From Bacteroidota bacterium (GTDB lineage: Bacteria > Bacteroidota > Bacteroidia > JABEUT01), in assembly GCA_013289475.1 (NCBI GenBank), contig JABCZW010000003.1, positions 17,845-81,844 on the forward strand: a stretch of 64,000 nucleotides of DNA. The letters run 5' to 3'. The first letter of the stretch is position 1. Each line of letters begins with the position of its first letter. Shown piece by piece: positions 41,983-53,200 of the stretch. The notes beneath the pieces are model-generated. The model was not told where the DNA came from and made no database searches. It was given only the letters and a program-made list of their open reading frames with translations. Both the position numbers and the translations under genes were made by a program.

Positions 41983-44900
41983 ATGAGTTCTACCAAGTCA
42001 AAATATGATATAGCTTTTAATGAGGCTTTTGTGAAGCTTAACAAAGCTCAAAGTGAAGCCATAGAAGCTATTGAAGGACCGGTATTGGTAATTGCAGGGC
42101 CGGGAACAGGCAAAACGCAAATACTTGCTACCCGTATTGGCAAAATATTACAAAATACCGATACCCCACCTCACTGTATATTGTGTCTGACATATACTGA
42201 TACCGGAAGAATAGAAATGCGGAACAGGCTCTTTTCACTCATAGGCCCTGCTGCACATAGGGTAAACATACATACATTTCATTCCTTTTGTAATGAAGTA
42301 ATACAGGACAACTTGTCCTATTTCGGCAAGCAAAACCTGGAAGCTATTTCAGAACTGGAAGAAGTGGAATTATTCCAGAAACTTCTTGATTCATTACCTA
42401 AAGAAAGTCCATTAAAGAAATTTAAAGGCGATATTTCTTTTGAGACGTTCAGGGTAAGGAACCTTTTCTCACTCATGAAACGTGAGGCATGGAGCATTCA
42501 ATTCCTGAATGAACGAATTGATGCATATATAAACGAACTACCCGCAAAAGATGGCTTTGTTTATAAAAGAAAATACAAAACCTTTAATGCAGGTGATCCG
42601 AATATTGTCAAAATAAAAGAGGAGACGGAGAATATGGAAAAACTCCGGGCTGCTGTTAATTTATATCCGCAATATGTGGATATGATGAACGAAATGGCAC
42701 GCTACACATTTGATGATATGATACTATGGGTATTGGCAGCATTTAAAGAAAACCCCAATATGCTGCTCACCTACCAGGAACGCTTTCTTTATTTTTTGGT
42801 TGATGAGTTCCAGGATACAAGCGGTTCTCAAAACTTATTGTTAAGGTATTTAATTGACTATTGGGATGTGCCCAATGTATTTGTTGTTGGCGATGATGAC
42901 CAATCCATATTTTCTTTCCAGGATGCCAATGTAGAAAATATCAGGCATTTTGCCACTCAGTACGAAAAGGATATAAAGAAGATTGTTCTTACCGAAAATT
43001 ATCGCTCCACCCAAGTTATACTTGATGTTGCTAAAAAACTTATTGAACATAATAAGGAAAGGGTTGTAAATACAGATAAGAGTCTTGATAAAAATCTTAT
43101 TGCATCAAATGTCAAACTACAGGCTATAAATAACATTCCCGCAATAGTAGAATATCCTAATACAGGGCATGAAGCAGTTTATATTGCAAATGAAATAACA
43201 GAACTCATAGCCAGCGGGGTTTCGCCTAAAGAGATTGCTGTAATATACCGTAACCATAAGCAAGTAGAGGATCTGGCAACTTATCTTGAACAGAAGAAGG
43301 TAGGCGTAAATATGAAGCGGAATGTAAACCTGCTTGAGATGCCATTCATCCACAAAATATTGAAAATACTGAAGTATGTCGCTTCAGAAAATGATACTGC
43401 ATATAGTGGGGATGAGCTGTTATTCGAAATACTGCATTTCGATTTCTTCAATATTCCACCATTAGATATTGCAAAAATTAGCCTAGAGGTCTCGCAGAAG
43501 AAATATGGAAACAGGAAAGAAACTTATTCGATACGGCGTGCTATAAGTGAACAGGCCGATGGCGTGTCGGACTTATTTACACAAGCCGAAGTAAACGAAA
43601 TAAAAAGAGTAAGTAAAGTTTTAGAGTACTTGGTTGGGAAGTTAAACAACCTTACACTGCAGGAATTATTTGAGGAAGTAGTGCGTGAAGCAGGCATTTT
43701 AAATTACATTATAAACTCTTCCGAAAAAGCCTGGTTAATGCAGGTATTAACCGCCCTGTTCAATTTCGTAAAAGTGGAAACACGTAAAGATCCCGGAATT
43801 TCATTACAGCGCATACTCGATATGATAGATACTATGCAGAAACATTACATCCGCATAGGCATGCAAAAGATCTCTGCAGTGGAGAACGGTGTAAACCTTA
43901 TGACGGCACATGGATCTAAAGGGACAGAGTTTGAATATGTATTTATTATAGGGTGCAACCGAGGTGTGTGGGACGAGAAAAATGCTGCCGGTTCACGCAC
44001 GTTCAGGCTACCTGATAATCTTTCCACAAGCAAACATGAAGTGGATGACCTGGAAGAATCGAGAAGACTATTTTACGTTGCTATAACCAGAGCAAAAACG
44101 CACCTCACCATATCTTACCCTGTTAAAGATGCAAATGGAAAAAACCTGGAACGTTCTGAATTTATTGGAGAACTATTAGAAGGCAGTAACCTTACTGAAA
44201 TTAAAAAGCAGGTGGAGGAAAGTATGCTTACTGAATACCTGGAACTTCAATACACCGATAAAGTTGCACCGGAAATAGAACTCGTAGACAAGCAATACAT
44301 AAACAAGTTGCTTGAAAACTACTCACTAAGTGTCACACACCTTAACAATTACCTGGATTGCCCTATAAAGTTCTATTACCAAAATTTGATAAGGGTACCC
44401 GCTGCTAAAAGTGAATCAATGGCATTTGGTAGTGCCATTCACCTGACCTTGCAAGCGCTGTTTGAGAAAATGAAGGCAAACAATAATACTTTTCCTGGCA
44501 AGCAAACCATGGTAGATGATTTTACCCTTTACATGCACCGGAACAGGGAATCATTTACTAAGGAGCAGTTTAAGCGCAGGCTGGAATATGGAGAGAAAAT
44601 ATTGCCCGCTTATTACGACTTCTATATAAACAAATGGAACAGGATAGTTAGCCTTGAAGTAAACATACGGAATGTAGAAGTTCAGGGCGTGCCACTTAAT
44701 GGCAAGCTTGATAAGCTAGAGTTTGATGGCAAAATGGTAAATGTGGTGGATTACAAAACAGGAAGATATGATAATGCAAAGAAAAAACTGAATCCGCCAA
44801 ATGAAGTAGACTTAATTGGGGGAGATTACTGGAGACAGGCTGTATTTTATAAGATATTATTGGATAATAACCGGCGTAACGACTGGCAGGCTGAAAGCTC

Positions 44901-45126
44901 GGAATTTGACTTTATTGAGCCGGTGAAAGATGAATATAAAAAGGAAAAACTGCCCATATCGGAGCGCGATATTGAAATTGTAACTGCACAGATTACCGAT
45001 ACATGGCAAAAGATTCAAAATCACGAATTTAAAAAGGGATGTGGCAAGGAAGATTGCCACTGGTGTAATTTTGTACGGGACAATCACTTACATGTAGCCC
45101 TGCATGAAGCAGCCGATGAAGAATAG
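41983..45126 (+). CDS. UvrD/AddA-family ATP-dependent helicase with C-terminal PD-(D/E)XK nuclease and Cys cluster
   Basis: VIAGPGTGKT (Walker A) and DEFQDTS; the C-terminus CGKEDCHWCNF is a Cas4/AddB-like Cys motif. Length is 1047 aa. Confidence 0.8.
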   Translation: MSSTKSKYDIAFNEAFVKLNKAQSEAIEAIEGPVLVIAGPGTGKTQILATRIGKILQNTDTPPHCILCLTYTDTGRIEMRNRLFSLIGPAAHRVNIHTFHSFCNEVIQDNLSYFGKQNLEAISELEEVELFQKLLDSLPKESPLKKFKGDISFETFRVRNLFSLMKREAWSIQFLNERIDAYINELPAKDGFVYKRKYKTFNAGDPNIVKIKEETENMEKLRAAVNLYPQYVDMMNEMARYTFDDMILWVLAAFKENPNMLLTYQERFLYFLVDEFQDTSGSQNLLLRYLIDYWDVPNVFVVGDDDQSIFSFQDANVENIRHFATQYEKDIKKIVLTENYRSTQVILDVAKKLIEHNKERVVNTDKSLDKNLIASNVKLQAINNIPAIVEYPNTGHEAVYIANEITELIASGVSPKEIAVIYRNHKQVEDLATYLEQKKVGVNMKRNVNLLEMPFIHKILKILKYVASENDTAYSGDELLFEILHFDFFNIPPLDIAKISLEVSQKKYGNRKETYSIRRAISEQADGVSDLFTQAEVNEIKRVSKVLEYLVGKLNNLTLQELFEEVVREAGILNYIINSSEKAWLMQVLTALFNFVKVETRKDPGISLQRILDMIDTMQKHYIRIGMQKISAVENGVNLMTAHGSKGTEFEYVFIIGCNRGVWDEKNAAGSRTFRLPDNLSTSKHEVDDLEESRRLFYVAITRAKTHLTISYPVKDANGKNLERSEFIGELLEGSNLTEIKKQVEESMLTEYLELQYTDKVAPEIELVDKQYINKLLENYSLSVTHLNNYLDCPIKFYYQNLIRVPAAKSESMAFGSAIHLTLQALFEKMKANNNTFPGKQTMVDDFTLYMHRNRESFTKEQFKRRLEYGEKILPAYYDFYINKWNRIVSLEVNIRNVEVQGVPLNGKLDKLEFDGKMVNVVDYKTGRYDNAKKKLNPPNEVDLIGGDYWRQAVFYKILLDNNRRNDWQAESSEFDFIEPVKDEYKKEKLPISERDIEIVTAQITDTWQKIQNHEFKKGCGKEDCHWCNFVRDNHLHVALHEAADEE

Positions 45127-45162
45127 CACTTAAAAATTCTTTCTACTTTTACCAGCACTTAT

Positions 45163-45234
45163 GGCTCTGTAGTACAACGGATAGTATGGAAGTTTCCGGA
45201 ACTTCTGATCCAGGTTCGATTCCTGGCGGGGCCA
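45163..45234 (+). tRNA. tRNA-Arg (anticodon CCG)
   Basis: Folded by hand: acceptor GGCTCTG/CGGGGCC; D-arm GTAC-AACGGATA-GTAT; anticodon arm GAAGT-TTCCGGA-ACTTC (CCG with G37); T-arm CCAGG-TTCGATT-CCTGG; discriminator A. No encoded CCA. Confidence 0.8.
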
Positions 45235-45469
45235 CAGCTTTACGTTCATTAGCGCTCGTTATCGTTCATTTCATTGCAAAGGGCACTAAAATCAAATACT
45301 TTCCTCGTTCATCTACGTTCATTCCGGAGGCAAAATGCTTCACCCATGTTTCACCAAAAGGCCATGTTTCACCAAATCCAGAAAAAACACATGTAACCAC
45401 TTATTACGATATTTGTGTCGCAAATAATTGCTTTTTTTCATCCTATCCATATATCAAAGATAATTAATC

Positions 45470-45530
45470 GGGGTAAAATATGGTCCACTGCTATAACCGT
45501 CTGAGCTACGGCATAGTTTGTCTGTTTAAT
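45470..45530. repeat. tRNA-like repeat, copy A
   Basis: Shares about 38/43 identity with copy B (46286-46345). On the minus strand it contains a tRNA D-arm-like GCCGTAGCTCAGACGGTTATAGC with no T-arm or 3' half. Confidence 0.6.
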
Positions 45531-45600
45531 GTGTAAAACAGAATAATAAAACGATAATAAATCCGTTTATCAATCTTACAACATATTAATTAGTACCACT

Positions 45601-46290
45601 ATGAAAAATCTCTGCATCTTACTTATACTCATTAACTTTAATGTGAGCCATGGACAGGATACCACTAAAAGTTTAAATCGAAGTTCCATTTCACTTAATG
45701 GCGGAATAAATGTTATAACTGGTTTTTCACCACTATCAATTTCAACAGGTCCTTGGTTTAGTCCTATACAACCCAGTACAAGTGTGCAGCCTTGTTTTTC
45801 GTTTTCATATAACTATGTATTGGCTGAAACCAAGCATTTTTCATATGGATTAAACCTTGGAATCGGATATTCGCAAAACATGTACATGGGAGAGGTTTGT
45901 TGGGAAGTTGCATATGGCCCTCCCGAACCTATTGAGCAGATAAACACTGGAGAATTTTGCATTGGTGCATTTATAAATACAACAAAAAAACATACGCTAG
46001 GCTGGTATAATGAGTTAGATTTTATTGGGAATGTTCAACTATATTCCGAACAAAAAGAATCCTTTTTTATTCAGGGTGCATTTGAGAATAAGCATGAAAT
46101 TGATTTACGTTTATTTTATCAAACTGGAATAAGTATTCGCATTAATAGAAATTTCACAGTAATTCCCATGATAGGTTATTCTATAATAGATTTATCTGCC
46201 TTATTTAATGGAGTTAATTCATATGGCATATATGTGTACAGGTATCTTAGCGGAGGAGTAACGCTGACTTATGACCTCAATAAAGGGTAA
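45601..46290 (+). CDS. hypothetical secreted protein
   Basis: 229 aa with a signal peptide (MKNLCILLILINFNVSHGQ). It is Gly/Tyr-rich and could be a beta-barrel. No homology recognised. Confidence 0.4.
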   Translation: MKNLCILLILINFNVSHGQDTTKSLNRSSISLNGGINVITGFSPLSISTGPWFSPIQPSTSVQPCFSFSYNYVLAETKHFSYGLNLGIGYSQNMYMGEVCWEVAYGPPEPIEQINTGEFCIGAFINTTKKHTLGWYNELDFIGNVQLYSEQKESFFIQGAFENKHEIDLRLFYQTGISIRINRNFTVIPMIGYSIIDLSALFNGVNSYGIYVYRYLSGGVTLTYDLNKG

Positions 46291-46345
46291 TTTCAGGTCC
46301 GCTGCTCTAACCATCTGAGCTACGGCGTAGTTTGGCTGGTTATCG
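46286..46345. repeat. tRNA-like repeat, copy B
   Basis: ggtccgctgctctaaccatctgagctacggcgtagtttggctg; its reverse complement contains TAGCTCAGATGGTTAGAGCAGCGGACC (tRNA 5'-half-like). It starts immediately after the stop of the 229-aa ORF. Confidence 0.6.
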
Positions 46346-46367
46346 CTTTTTGATTAAATTTACCACT

Positions 46368-46976
46368 ATGAAAAGCAAAACCACTACCCTACTTATAGCC
46401 TTTGCATCATTTGTCTTTTCATCTTGTATAAAGCCCCATGCAATAACTGTGCATAATCTTGACCCAGCAACCATACCTTATTTTGGAATTTTGAAGGAAG
46501 GAAACTGGTGGGTATATTCATCATCCAACCACGAAAGAGATTCTATTTATGTTTCAAGTATCGATGCCACTTTTATGGGTGGTCCTAAATACCCTTCTTT
46601 CCCTAACGATGAATTTCAGGATTATGTATATACTATAAATACAGCCTATTATTTTGTTCCAATACCACCTGATGCTTTTGAAAGTGCATATTGGATAATT
46701 AACCCAAATGGCCAAAGCAGTCAAACCGATTTTACAATGGGGGCGTTTTCAGTATTATATAATAACACAACAAATACATTTGATAAATTTAATAGTGCGC
46801 TTGCCTATCAAATAGATTCAGTAATAATTAATAGTACGGTTTATAAAAATGTAATATTTAGTGAAGACAGCACTGGGTATGATAAAAAAGTCTATTGGGC
46901 AAAAAATGTAGGCATGGTACGTTGGATAACAAACACTGCGGATACGTTTAATTTGGTGAAATACTACATAAAATGA
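46368..46976 (+). CDS. hypothetical lipoprotein
   Basis: MKSKTTTLLIAFASFVFSSC has a lipobox. The ATG at 46368 is preferred over the upstream TTG. It shares the TACCACTATGAAAA start context with the 45601 gene. Confidence 0.4.
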   Translation: MKSKTTTLLIAFASFVFSSCIKPHAITVHNLDPATIPYFGILKEGNWWVYSSSNHERDSIYVSSIDATFMGGPKYPSFPNDEFQDYVYTINTAYYFVPIPPDAFESAYWIINPNGQSSQTDFTMGAFSVLYNNTTNTFDKFNSALAYQIDSVIINSTVYKNVIFSEDSTGYDKKVYWAKNVGMVRWITNTADTFNLVKYYIK

Positions 46977-47006
46977 ATCTGGTACTGTTACATCTGTCAT
47001 GATAAC

Positions 47007-47339
47007 ATGAAGGCATTCTTACTCATACTTATATCCTTGTTAGCTTGTTTCTTTTATGGCTGTATCAATTCTACCCCTAGGGTAATTGATTATAAAGACA
47101 GTAAGGGGAGAATTACCAAACATATCGTTGTACTCTACTATCTTTCCAATGATGAGAATGATACCTTGACTGATTATAAAGATACTAATGGAAGAACAAT
47201 GAAAGAGGTTGATATAGGTCATTTTGTTAAGGATGAGAATATCTATGACACTGTGAGAGAAGTATCGATAACAACCAGATACTTTGATACGTTGGGTAGA
47301 ATTAAAATTACTAAAGACACAATTTTCAGATATAGATAA
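47007..47339 (+). CDS. hypothetical small lipoprotein
   Basis: 110 aa with MKAFLLILISLLACFFYGC. Confidence 0.35.
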   Translation: MKAFLLILISLLACFFYGCINSTPRVIDYKDSKGRITKHIVVLYYLSNDENDTLTDYKDTNGRTMKEVDIGHFVKDENIYDTVREVSITTRYFDTLGRIKITKDTIFRYR

Positions 47340-47363
47340 ACTATATGACCAATAAGCAATAGC

Positions 47364-48425
47364 ATGAAGCCCATCTTAATCATACTTGTATCATTTTGCT
47401 TCACCCTAACAGTTTTGGGGCAACAAAGCGGTGTAGATGATAGTAACGGGTTTACCAATAAGGCTGAGGCCAAGAATTTACATGGAAACATAAATGAAAC
47501 AGATACTTCCTTTCTTTTCCATTCTGTAAGGTTTGAAAAAGTAGAGCAATGGTATAATAGCGGGAATAAAAAAACACTGGAGATACGATATTACCTTCAC
47601 TTCCCAAATAATAGAAATTATCCTGTAGATAGTATTTATACCCGATGGTATAAGAATGGAGCACTCGCAGAAAAATCTGTTTTTACCTCTACAAATGATT
47701 CAGTCAATAAGAAGTCACATACGCTGATATACTATAATGACGGCAAAATAAATTCCGACTACCACTACAAGGTAAATGTTCTTAAAGGCGGAACAGCTTA
47801 TAATTGGGATGGCCGTATAACTGATAGTGTTTGTAAAGAATGGTATGATAATGGTAATTTGAAAAGCATAAAGACATATTCTGGTATGCTTACAGGCAAG
47901 TGTACAGAATGGTATGATAATGGAAGGAAAAGCTTTGAAACTACTTATAAGGTAATACGGACAGAAAAATTTGACCATCTTACTATGGGTGGTATGGTAG
48001 GTGATTCTCTTGCCTCGATATATTGCGACAATTGCACATATTGGTATGAAGACGGCAAAGTGCGGTTGAAAATGTTTTATTCAAAAGACGGAATAGAAAA
48101 CCCTGGAAAACAACTGGAATATTACCCCAATGGGCAATTAAAGTGTCAAGGACGAGCTTATTACAGTAATTACAAAGAATGGTATGACAATGGAATAAAG
48201 AAAACAGTTCAATATTTGAAGAACAAAAAACAGTCGGGTAGATGGAAGACCTATTGGAGCAATGGCAAAATGCAATATGTTGCATCATACAAAAATGGGC
48301 AAATGAATGGAGAATCAAAAGAATATTATGAGAATGGCAAGCTAAAGTCTGAAACTAATTATGTCAATGGTAAAGCTGGACCCACTAAAGATTATGATAA
48401 AAACGGCACCAAAATAAAGCAATAA
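47364..48425 (+). CDS. secreted MORN-variant repeat protein (YwqK-like repeats)
   Basis: It has a signal peptide and many repeats of the form EWYDNGxxK..., YWSNGKMQY and EYYENGKLKSE. Confidence 0.6.
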   Translation: MKPILIILVSFCFTLTVLGQQSGVDDSNGFTNKAEAKNLHGNINETDTSFLFHSVRFEKVEQWYNSGNKKTLEIRYYLHFPNNRNYPVDSIYTRWYKNGALAEKSVFTSTNDSVNKKSHTLIYYNDGKINSDYHYKVNVLKGGTAYNWDGRITDSVCKEWYDNGNLKSIKTYSGMLTGKCTEWYDNGRKSFETTYKVIRTEKFDHLTMGGMVGDSLASIYCDNCTYWYEDGKVRLKMFYSKDGIENPGKQLEYYPNGQLKCQGRAYYSNYKEWYDNGIKKTVQYLKNKKQSGRWKTYWSNGKMQYVASYKNGQMNGESKEYYENGKLKSETNYVNGKAGPTKDYDKNGTKIKQ

Positions 48426-48506
48426 CGTTATATCAGATGTTTGATTTATTATATAATGTACCTATTCTTATAACTATTGGGACTGCAATAATCCTATGGT
48501 TGATTT

Positions 48507-48782
48507 TTAAGTTATTCCTAAAGGGTATGCTCCATCTGTACCATCGAAATCATAAAGTTTTCGATATCCAATACCATTCGTATCGATAGAAAAAATACAG
48601 CCTTCATTATATGCCCCCCCTAGCTCAGTCATACCATAAAGCATATTACCGGAAATAATTAATGAGCCGTTGGGATGTGTACCTCCTATTCCACTGAAAT
48701 TATGCAAAACAGTATATTGTGCATTGGAAATCCCACTGCCAAAACCAAGCAACGCAAATATTAAAAAATAAATTCGTTTCAT
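48507..48782 (-). CDS. GloVer-type choice-of-anchor repeat protein, short N-terminal fragment (possible gene remnant)
   Basis: 91 aa with a signal peptide and 2 GloVer repeats (GSLIISGNMLYGMTELGGAYNEGCIFSI). It lacks the SprB and T9SS domains seen in the 1243-aa paralogue. Confidence 0.45.
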   Translation of the reverse strand: MKRIYFLIFALLGFGSGISNAQYTVLHNFSGIGGTHPNGSLIISGNMLYGMTELGGAYNEGCIFSIDTNGIGYRKLYDFDGTDGAYPLGIT

Positions 48783-48793
48783 AAGACTGTATT

Positions 48794-50239
48794 CTACTTC
48801 TGGATAATAAATTTACCGCTTGAGATTAAATTAAGATTTCCTGAAATGACTCTATATAAATATATCCCTGGGGGCTGACTAGTGATATTGATACTTTTAT
48901 AAGCAGAGTGAAGTTCTCTTTTATAAATACTTTGTCCAAGCATATCAAAAATCTCTATTTGAGTCCCACCAGTTTCAACTTGTAATGCAACGGTAAAAAT
49001 ACCATTGTTTGGATTGGGATAAATTTTAACATTTTCACTTTCATCCAGTTTCTCTGGTAAAGAAGTTATAACTGATGAACAATGACCAATGGAATCACAT
49101 CCATTACTATCCAGCTTTATAACCCATACATCTTGCTTGCCTGTATCGGGAGCAGAAGGGATACAGAACCCACTTGCAATAAAACCGCCATCCAAAGTGG
49201 ATTTAACATCCCTCAAATAATTTTGGCTATTCGGTGCCTTTAATTTCTTATAATTCCTATACCACAGCAAATTACCGGTACTATCGATTAGTAACAAAGA
49301 ACCGTCTACTGTATTGCCATCTGTAACTTGTCCTACGTCTAAAAAATGCCCATTGTTCAATTCAATAAGTGTACTTGGGCCTGTTGAGGTTCCTGTATCA
49401 TTATAGTGATTAGACATAAGCAATTTGCCAGAATCAGAAACTTCAAAAAATCCTGTTTCTTTATGAACCGTTCCCCAAGCACTAATAAATACAAATTTTC
49501 CCTTTTTCGTTGTAATGACACCGCCTGCAAGTCCAGTTGCCGAAGAGTAATTATATTGCCATATCATCTTGCCCGAACTATCAATTTTTGTTAGTTGTGC
49601 ATTGTTCCACCCTGACCCTACAATGTATCCTCCATCTCTACATGTATCCACGCTGTATCCCCAATCATTGCTGGAACTTGTAAATATTTTTTTCCATTGC
49701 TGTTTGCCGGAGGAATCAGCTTTAAGCAGAAGGATTTGCCTTAACCCAGTTTTTTTTTCCTGGGCTAATCCGACAACTATTATTCCTTTATCTCGTGTAA
49801 GCTGGCAAGTTGAACTACTTAAATAGTATAGTGTATCATAATAGGTTCTTGTCCATAGCGTGTCACCATTTTTGTCGAACTTCCATAGAATCAAGGCACT
49901 GTCTTTATACCCCGCTAATAAATAATTATTATCATTTGATAAGAGTAAGGCTTTTATTCCAATTCCATAAGAATGTATGCCAGTTCCATATTTTCTTTCA
50001 AAAACTTTATTACCTAACGAGTCTACTTTCAATAGGCCTACTCTCCCCCAATTGCATAAACTATCTACCTCTGCTGCTGCAATATATCCACCCGAAACCC
50101 CAAAAATAGAATTAGATGCGCTACAAGTGTAGACATGGTCGTTCCCTAAATCATACCGGTTATTAAAATATACTGGCTGAGCCCAAAGAAAATGAGAAAG
50201 CATCAGGCTAGTTATAAATATAACCCAATGTTTTCTCAT
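48794..50239 (-). CDS. T9SS C-terminal sorting domain protein, predicted beta-propeller surface protein
   Basis: 481 aa with a signal peptide, repeated ...GG.I..G... blades and the C-terminus VKIYPNPNNGIFTVALQ...GKFIIQK. An internal A9 tract lies at 49750-49758. Confidence 0.7.
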   Translation of the reverse strand: MRKHWVIFITSLMLSHFLWAQPVYFNNRYDLGNDHVYTCSASNSIFGVSGGYIAAAEVDSLCNWGRVGLLKVDSLGNKVFERKYGTGIHSYGIGIKALLLSNDNNYLLAGYKDSALILWKFDKNGDTLWTRTYYDTLYYLSSSTCQLTRDKGIIVVGLAQEKKTGLRQILLLKADSSGKQQWKKIFTSSSNDWGYSVDTCRDGGYIVGSGWNNAQLTKIDSSGKMIWQYNYSSATGLAGGVITTKKGKFVFISAWGTVHKETGFFEVSDSGKLLMSNHYNDTGTSTGPSTLIELNNGHFLDVGQVTDGNTVDGSLLLIDSTGNLLWYRNYKKLKAPNSQNYLRDVKSTLDGGFIASGFCIPSAPDTGKQDVWVIKLDSNGCDSIGHCSSVITSLPEKLDESENVKIYPNPNNGIFTVALQVETGGTQIEIFDMLGQSIYKRELHSAYKSINITSQPPGIYLYRVISGNLNLISSGKFIIQK

Positions 50240-50250
50240 ATTTATTTTTT

Positions 50251-53200
50251 TTATCTAGCAACAATAAACTTACCTCTCTGGGCAATTTTATCGGAAGTTT
50301 CAACGCAATATACGTAAAATCCAGCAGAAAGGTTCGATATATCTTCAGTAATAATGGTCTGAGAAGTAGGTAAATCATAGCTCTGAATCTTATTACCTAA
50401 TAAGTCATATACAACTAAAGTAGACATTGAATTATTATTAAGATTGTATTCAATTGTGAGCCTATTATTGGCAGGATTTGGATATAATTTAACATTACCT
50501 TGGGCAATAACATTCTCATTAGAACCATTTTGTTGATTGTTTTGCGATATAATGGCTCTATGACCACTACCACTATCAAGAATTGGCAATATAGTATCAT
50601 GGAAGCTTAACCCGTATACCTGCATTAGAATTGCTTGTGCATTTTTCGTACTCTGAGCCTGTATCGTCCTGTAAGCAATATTTGTCACAGTATCTATTTG
50701 CACACTATCCATTTGATAAACAGTTTTGCCTGAGTTCCCCAATTGAATTAAGACATTTGAAAGGGAGCAGAAATCATTCATAAGGCCGGTAGTTTGAATT
50801 TCACTAACTAAGCTTGAAGCAGCACTATATTGGCCCATGGATATATTAATATCAGCCTGTTCCGACATTGATTCAACCCCAGGAATTGTTGCAAGAAATA
50901 CTAAAGCACTATCCTGTCCATTTATCGTAGTATCTGCTAGGTAGGAACGAATAAGTCCATTGGCTGATATATCTTCCTGGAAAGCGTAATAACCAATGGC
51001 ATGTTCAAGTTGCCGTCTTCCTGATGGGCCACCGTCCTGAGCCGCTTCTATCTGTTCACGTACTGTGCCAGGGAGACTTAGAGCAAGTGCAGCCTGTATT
51101 ACCTGACCTGTAAGAGGAGAGTTAGGGATTAAAATATTCCTAAGTGTATCAGCTGGTAAAGAATCATGAATAGTTGCTAATAATAAGCTGTCGGAAAGAT
51201 AAGGGCTATGCGCTAATAAAGAATCTTGTATTTGTGCCGGTGTACCAGTGTGTAAAATACTGAATAACCTTGTGGCATTTCCGCTATCTATAACTGATTG
51301 CATTGAATCATGTTTTAGTTTTAAAGCCGAGTGATTACTAATACAGCATGAATAATGACCGCCACCACAACAGCTTACTAGTTGATCAGGACATGCATCC
51401 GTCGACCAATTAGTATATGTAACGCCAGCACAAGATGTCGGGGTAACCGGGGAGTTATAACAGCTCGCACCAGGTGTTGTCGCCGAATTAGTATGGTGAG
51501 TATAAGTAAAACTGTATGAACTACTATAGATATCAAAATCTCCACTGCAAGTTGATGTTGAAGGATAACTGAAAATATTTCCAGCTGGCGCTGATTCACA
51601 CAGAGTTGGGTAAGTAATACAACTTAGACAAGTACCTTGCTGATTTGCTACAGGAAATGTTGGATAGCCAATTTGTGGCATTGCTGAAATATCAATATTA
51701 TTGGTACTATTTGTATTACAACGTACCTGTAAGTATTGATTATCTCCTTGTGGTTGAATTGCAACACCGCCTGCTCGGTATTTATTCCCAATTAAATAAT
51801 AAGTCTGGAATGGAGTATAGTTACTTAATGTATTATTATTTACCACTTCATTTTCTGTAAATGAACCGTAATTCGAGTTTGTCACTACAATTCCGTATGC
51901 CCATATAGCTGATGTAGAAGTAAGAGAATTATCTTGCACACTATAATGGTGACAATTATTAAGAACAATCCCTGAAGGTGACCAACCTAATGGAGCAGGG
52001 CTAGAAGGTTGATGCAGCGCCTTATTAATAACAAACGTATTTGAATTTACCGACGAGTAAGAACTTCCAGATAATGTTACACTGGTATAATCATTGGTAA
52101 AGGTGTTAGCAGATATTGTTACGTTAATTGTAGGTATGGAAGTAGTTTGATAAATTGCTGTATATAAATCTGTAAAAGTATTATTGGTGGGGCTCAGATT
52201 ACTATTGTTGAGACTAATTCCGCTTGCAAGAGCATTAGATGCATTTAATGTACCCCAATACGTATTATCGACTAAAAATTTATTATTATTAATTGTCGCA
52301 GAATTACCCGTAATGCTCACAGAGTAATAAGGAAGCAGATGGTGCCCAATTGCGGCATTTTGAAGAAATTGGCTATTGGCTAAATTACTATTGCCACCGT
52401 ATGTTCCTCTTGGCATTATTTGTATCGATCTCCAATTATTTTGGAAAAGGGCACTATTGCTTGAAACCACGCTGCTTCCTGAAGTAGTTAGATCAGGGAT
52501 GTATTCAGCATTAAATCTAGCTGTTGTTACTCCATTTATAGCATTGGAAATCTGAGGAATTGTATTTGTTCCTCCAGGTCCGGTTATGGTTACTTTCCCT
52601 TGCACGGCTGCTGGAGGAATTTTCGTCACATCTCCACCAACCTCTATGCCTTGCCACATTGTGCCACCATTAACATTACCTGGTATTGCTGTAACGGTTC
52701 CAAAGATTTGAAGTTTACCACCGTTGGGATTAGATGGATTCACAATACTGCCACCCTGCTCTACTACAATTTTGCTGTCAAGGCCAGTTTCCAGTTTATC
52801 GGCAAAATAAGTTGTCGAGAGATTATCAACTATGACAGTAGCCCCTGGCTCAACGTCAACAACTCCTTCAATATTTCCAGTCAAATGGTATGGAGACATT
52901 GCAGGAGTTATTTGAATGTCCAATAGTGGGTCTATGGTCGACTCATTAATTTGAGATACAGCTGTGGTGCCTGTTGGAGGATATAATTTTAAAATTGCAT
53001 AGTCTTCATCATTCAGTTCATTATTCCCAGATAGAATAAATCCACCATCTGAAGTTACAGCAAATCCCCAATTACATTCTACAGCAGCATTAGGAGGGGT
53101 TGATGAATTATGACCCGCCCAAGCCCTATATTGTTGATTCCAAATTACATTAAGATTCTGATCTAATTTTACGATATCAACATTTACTCCAAACAATGTG

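Noticed and set aside
45186-45467. 93-aa plus-strand ORF (MEVSGTSDPGSIPGG...)
   Set aside because: Its 5' part is the tRNA-Arg(CCG) gene read as protein, so it is not a CDS.
45470-46345. Whether the two tRNA-like repeats are complete tRNA genes
   Set aside because: Only the acceptor/D-arm/5' anticodon-stem-like half is present on the minus strand. There is no complementary anticodon-stem 3' strand and no T-arm (GTTCGA-type), so they are fragments or repeats rather than tRNAs.
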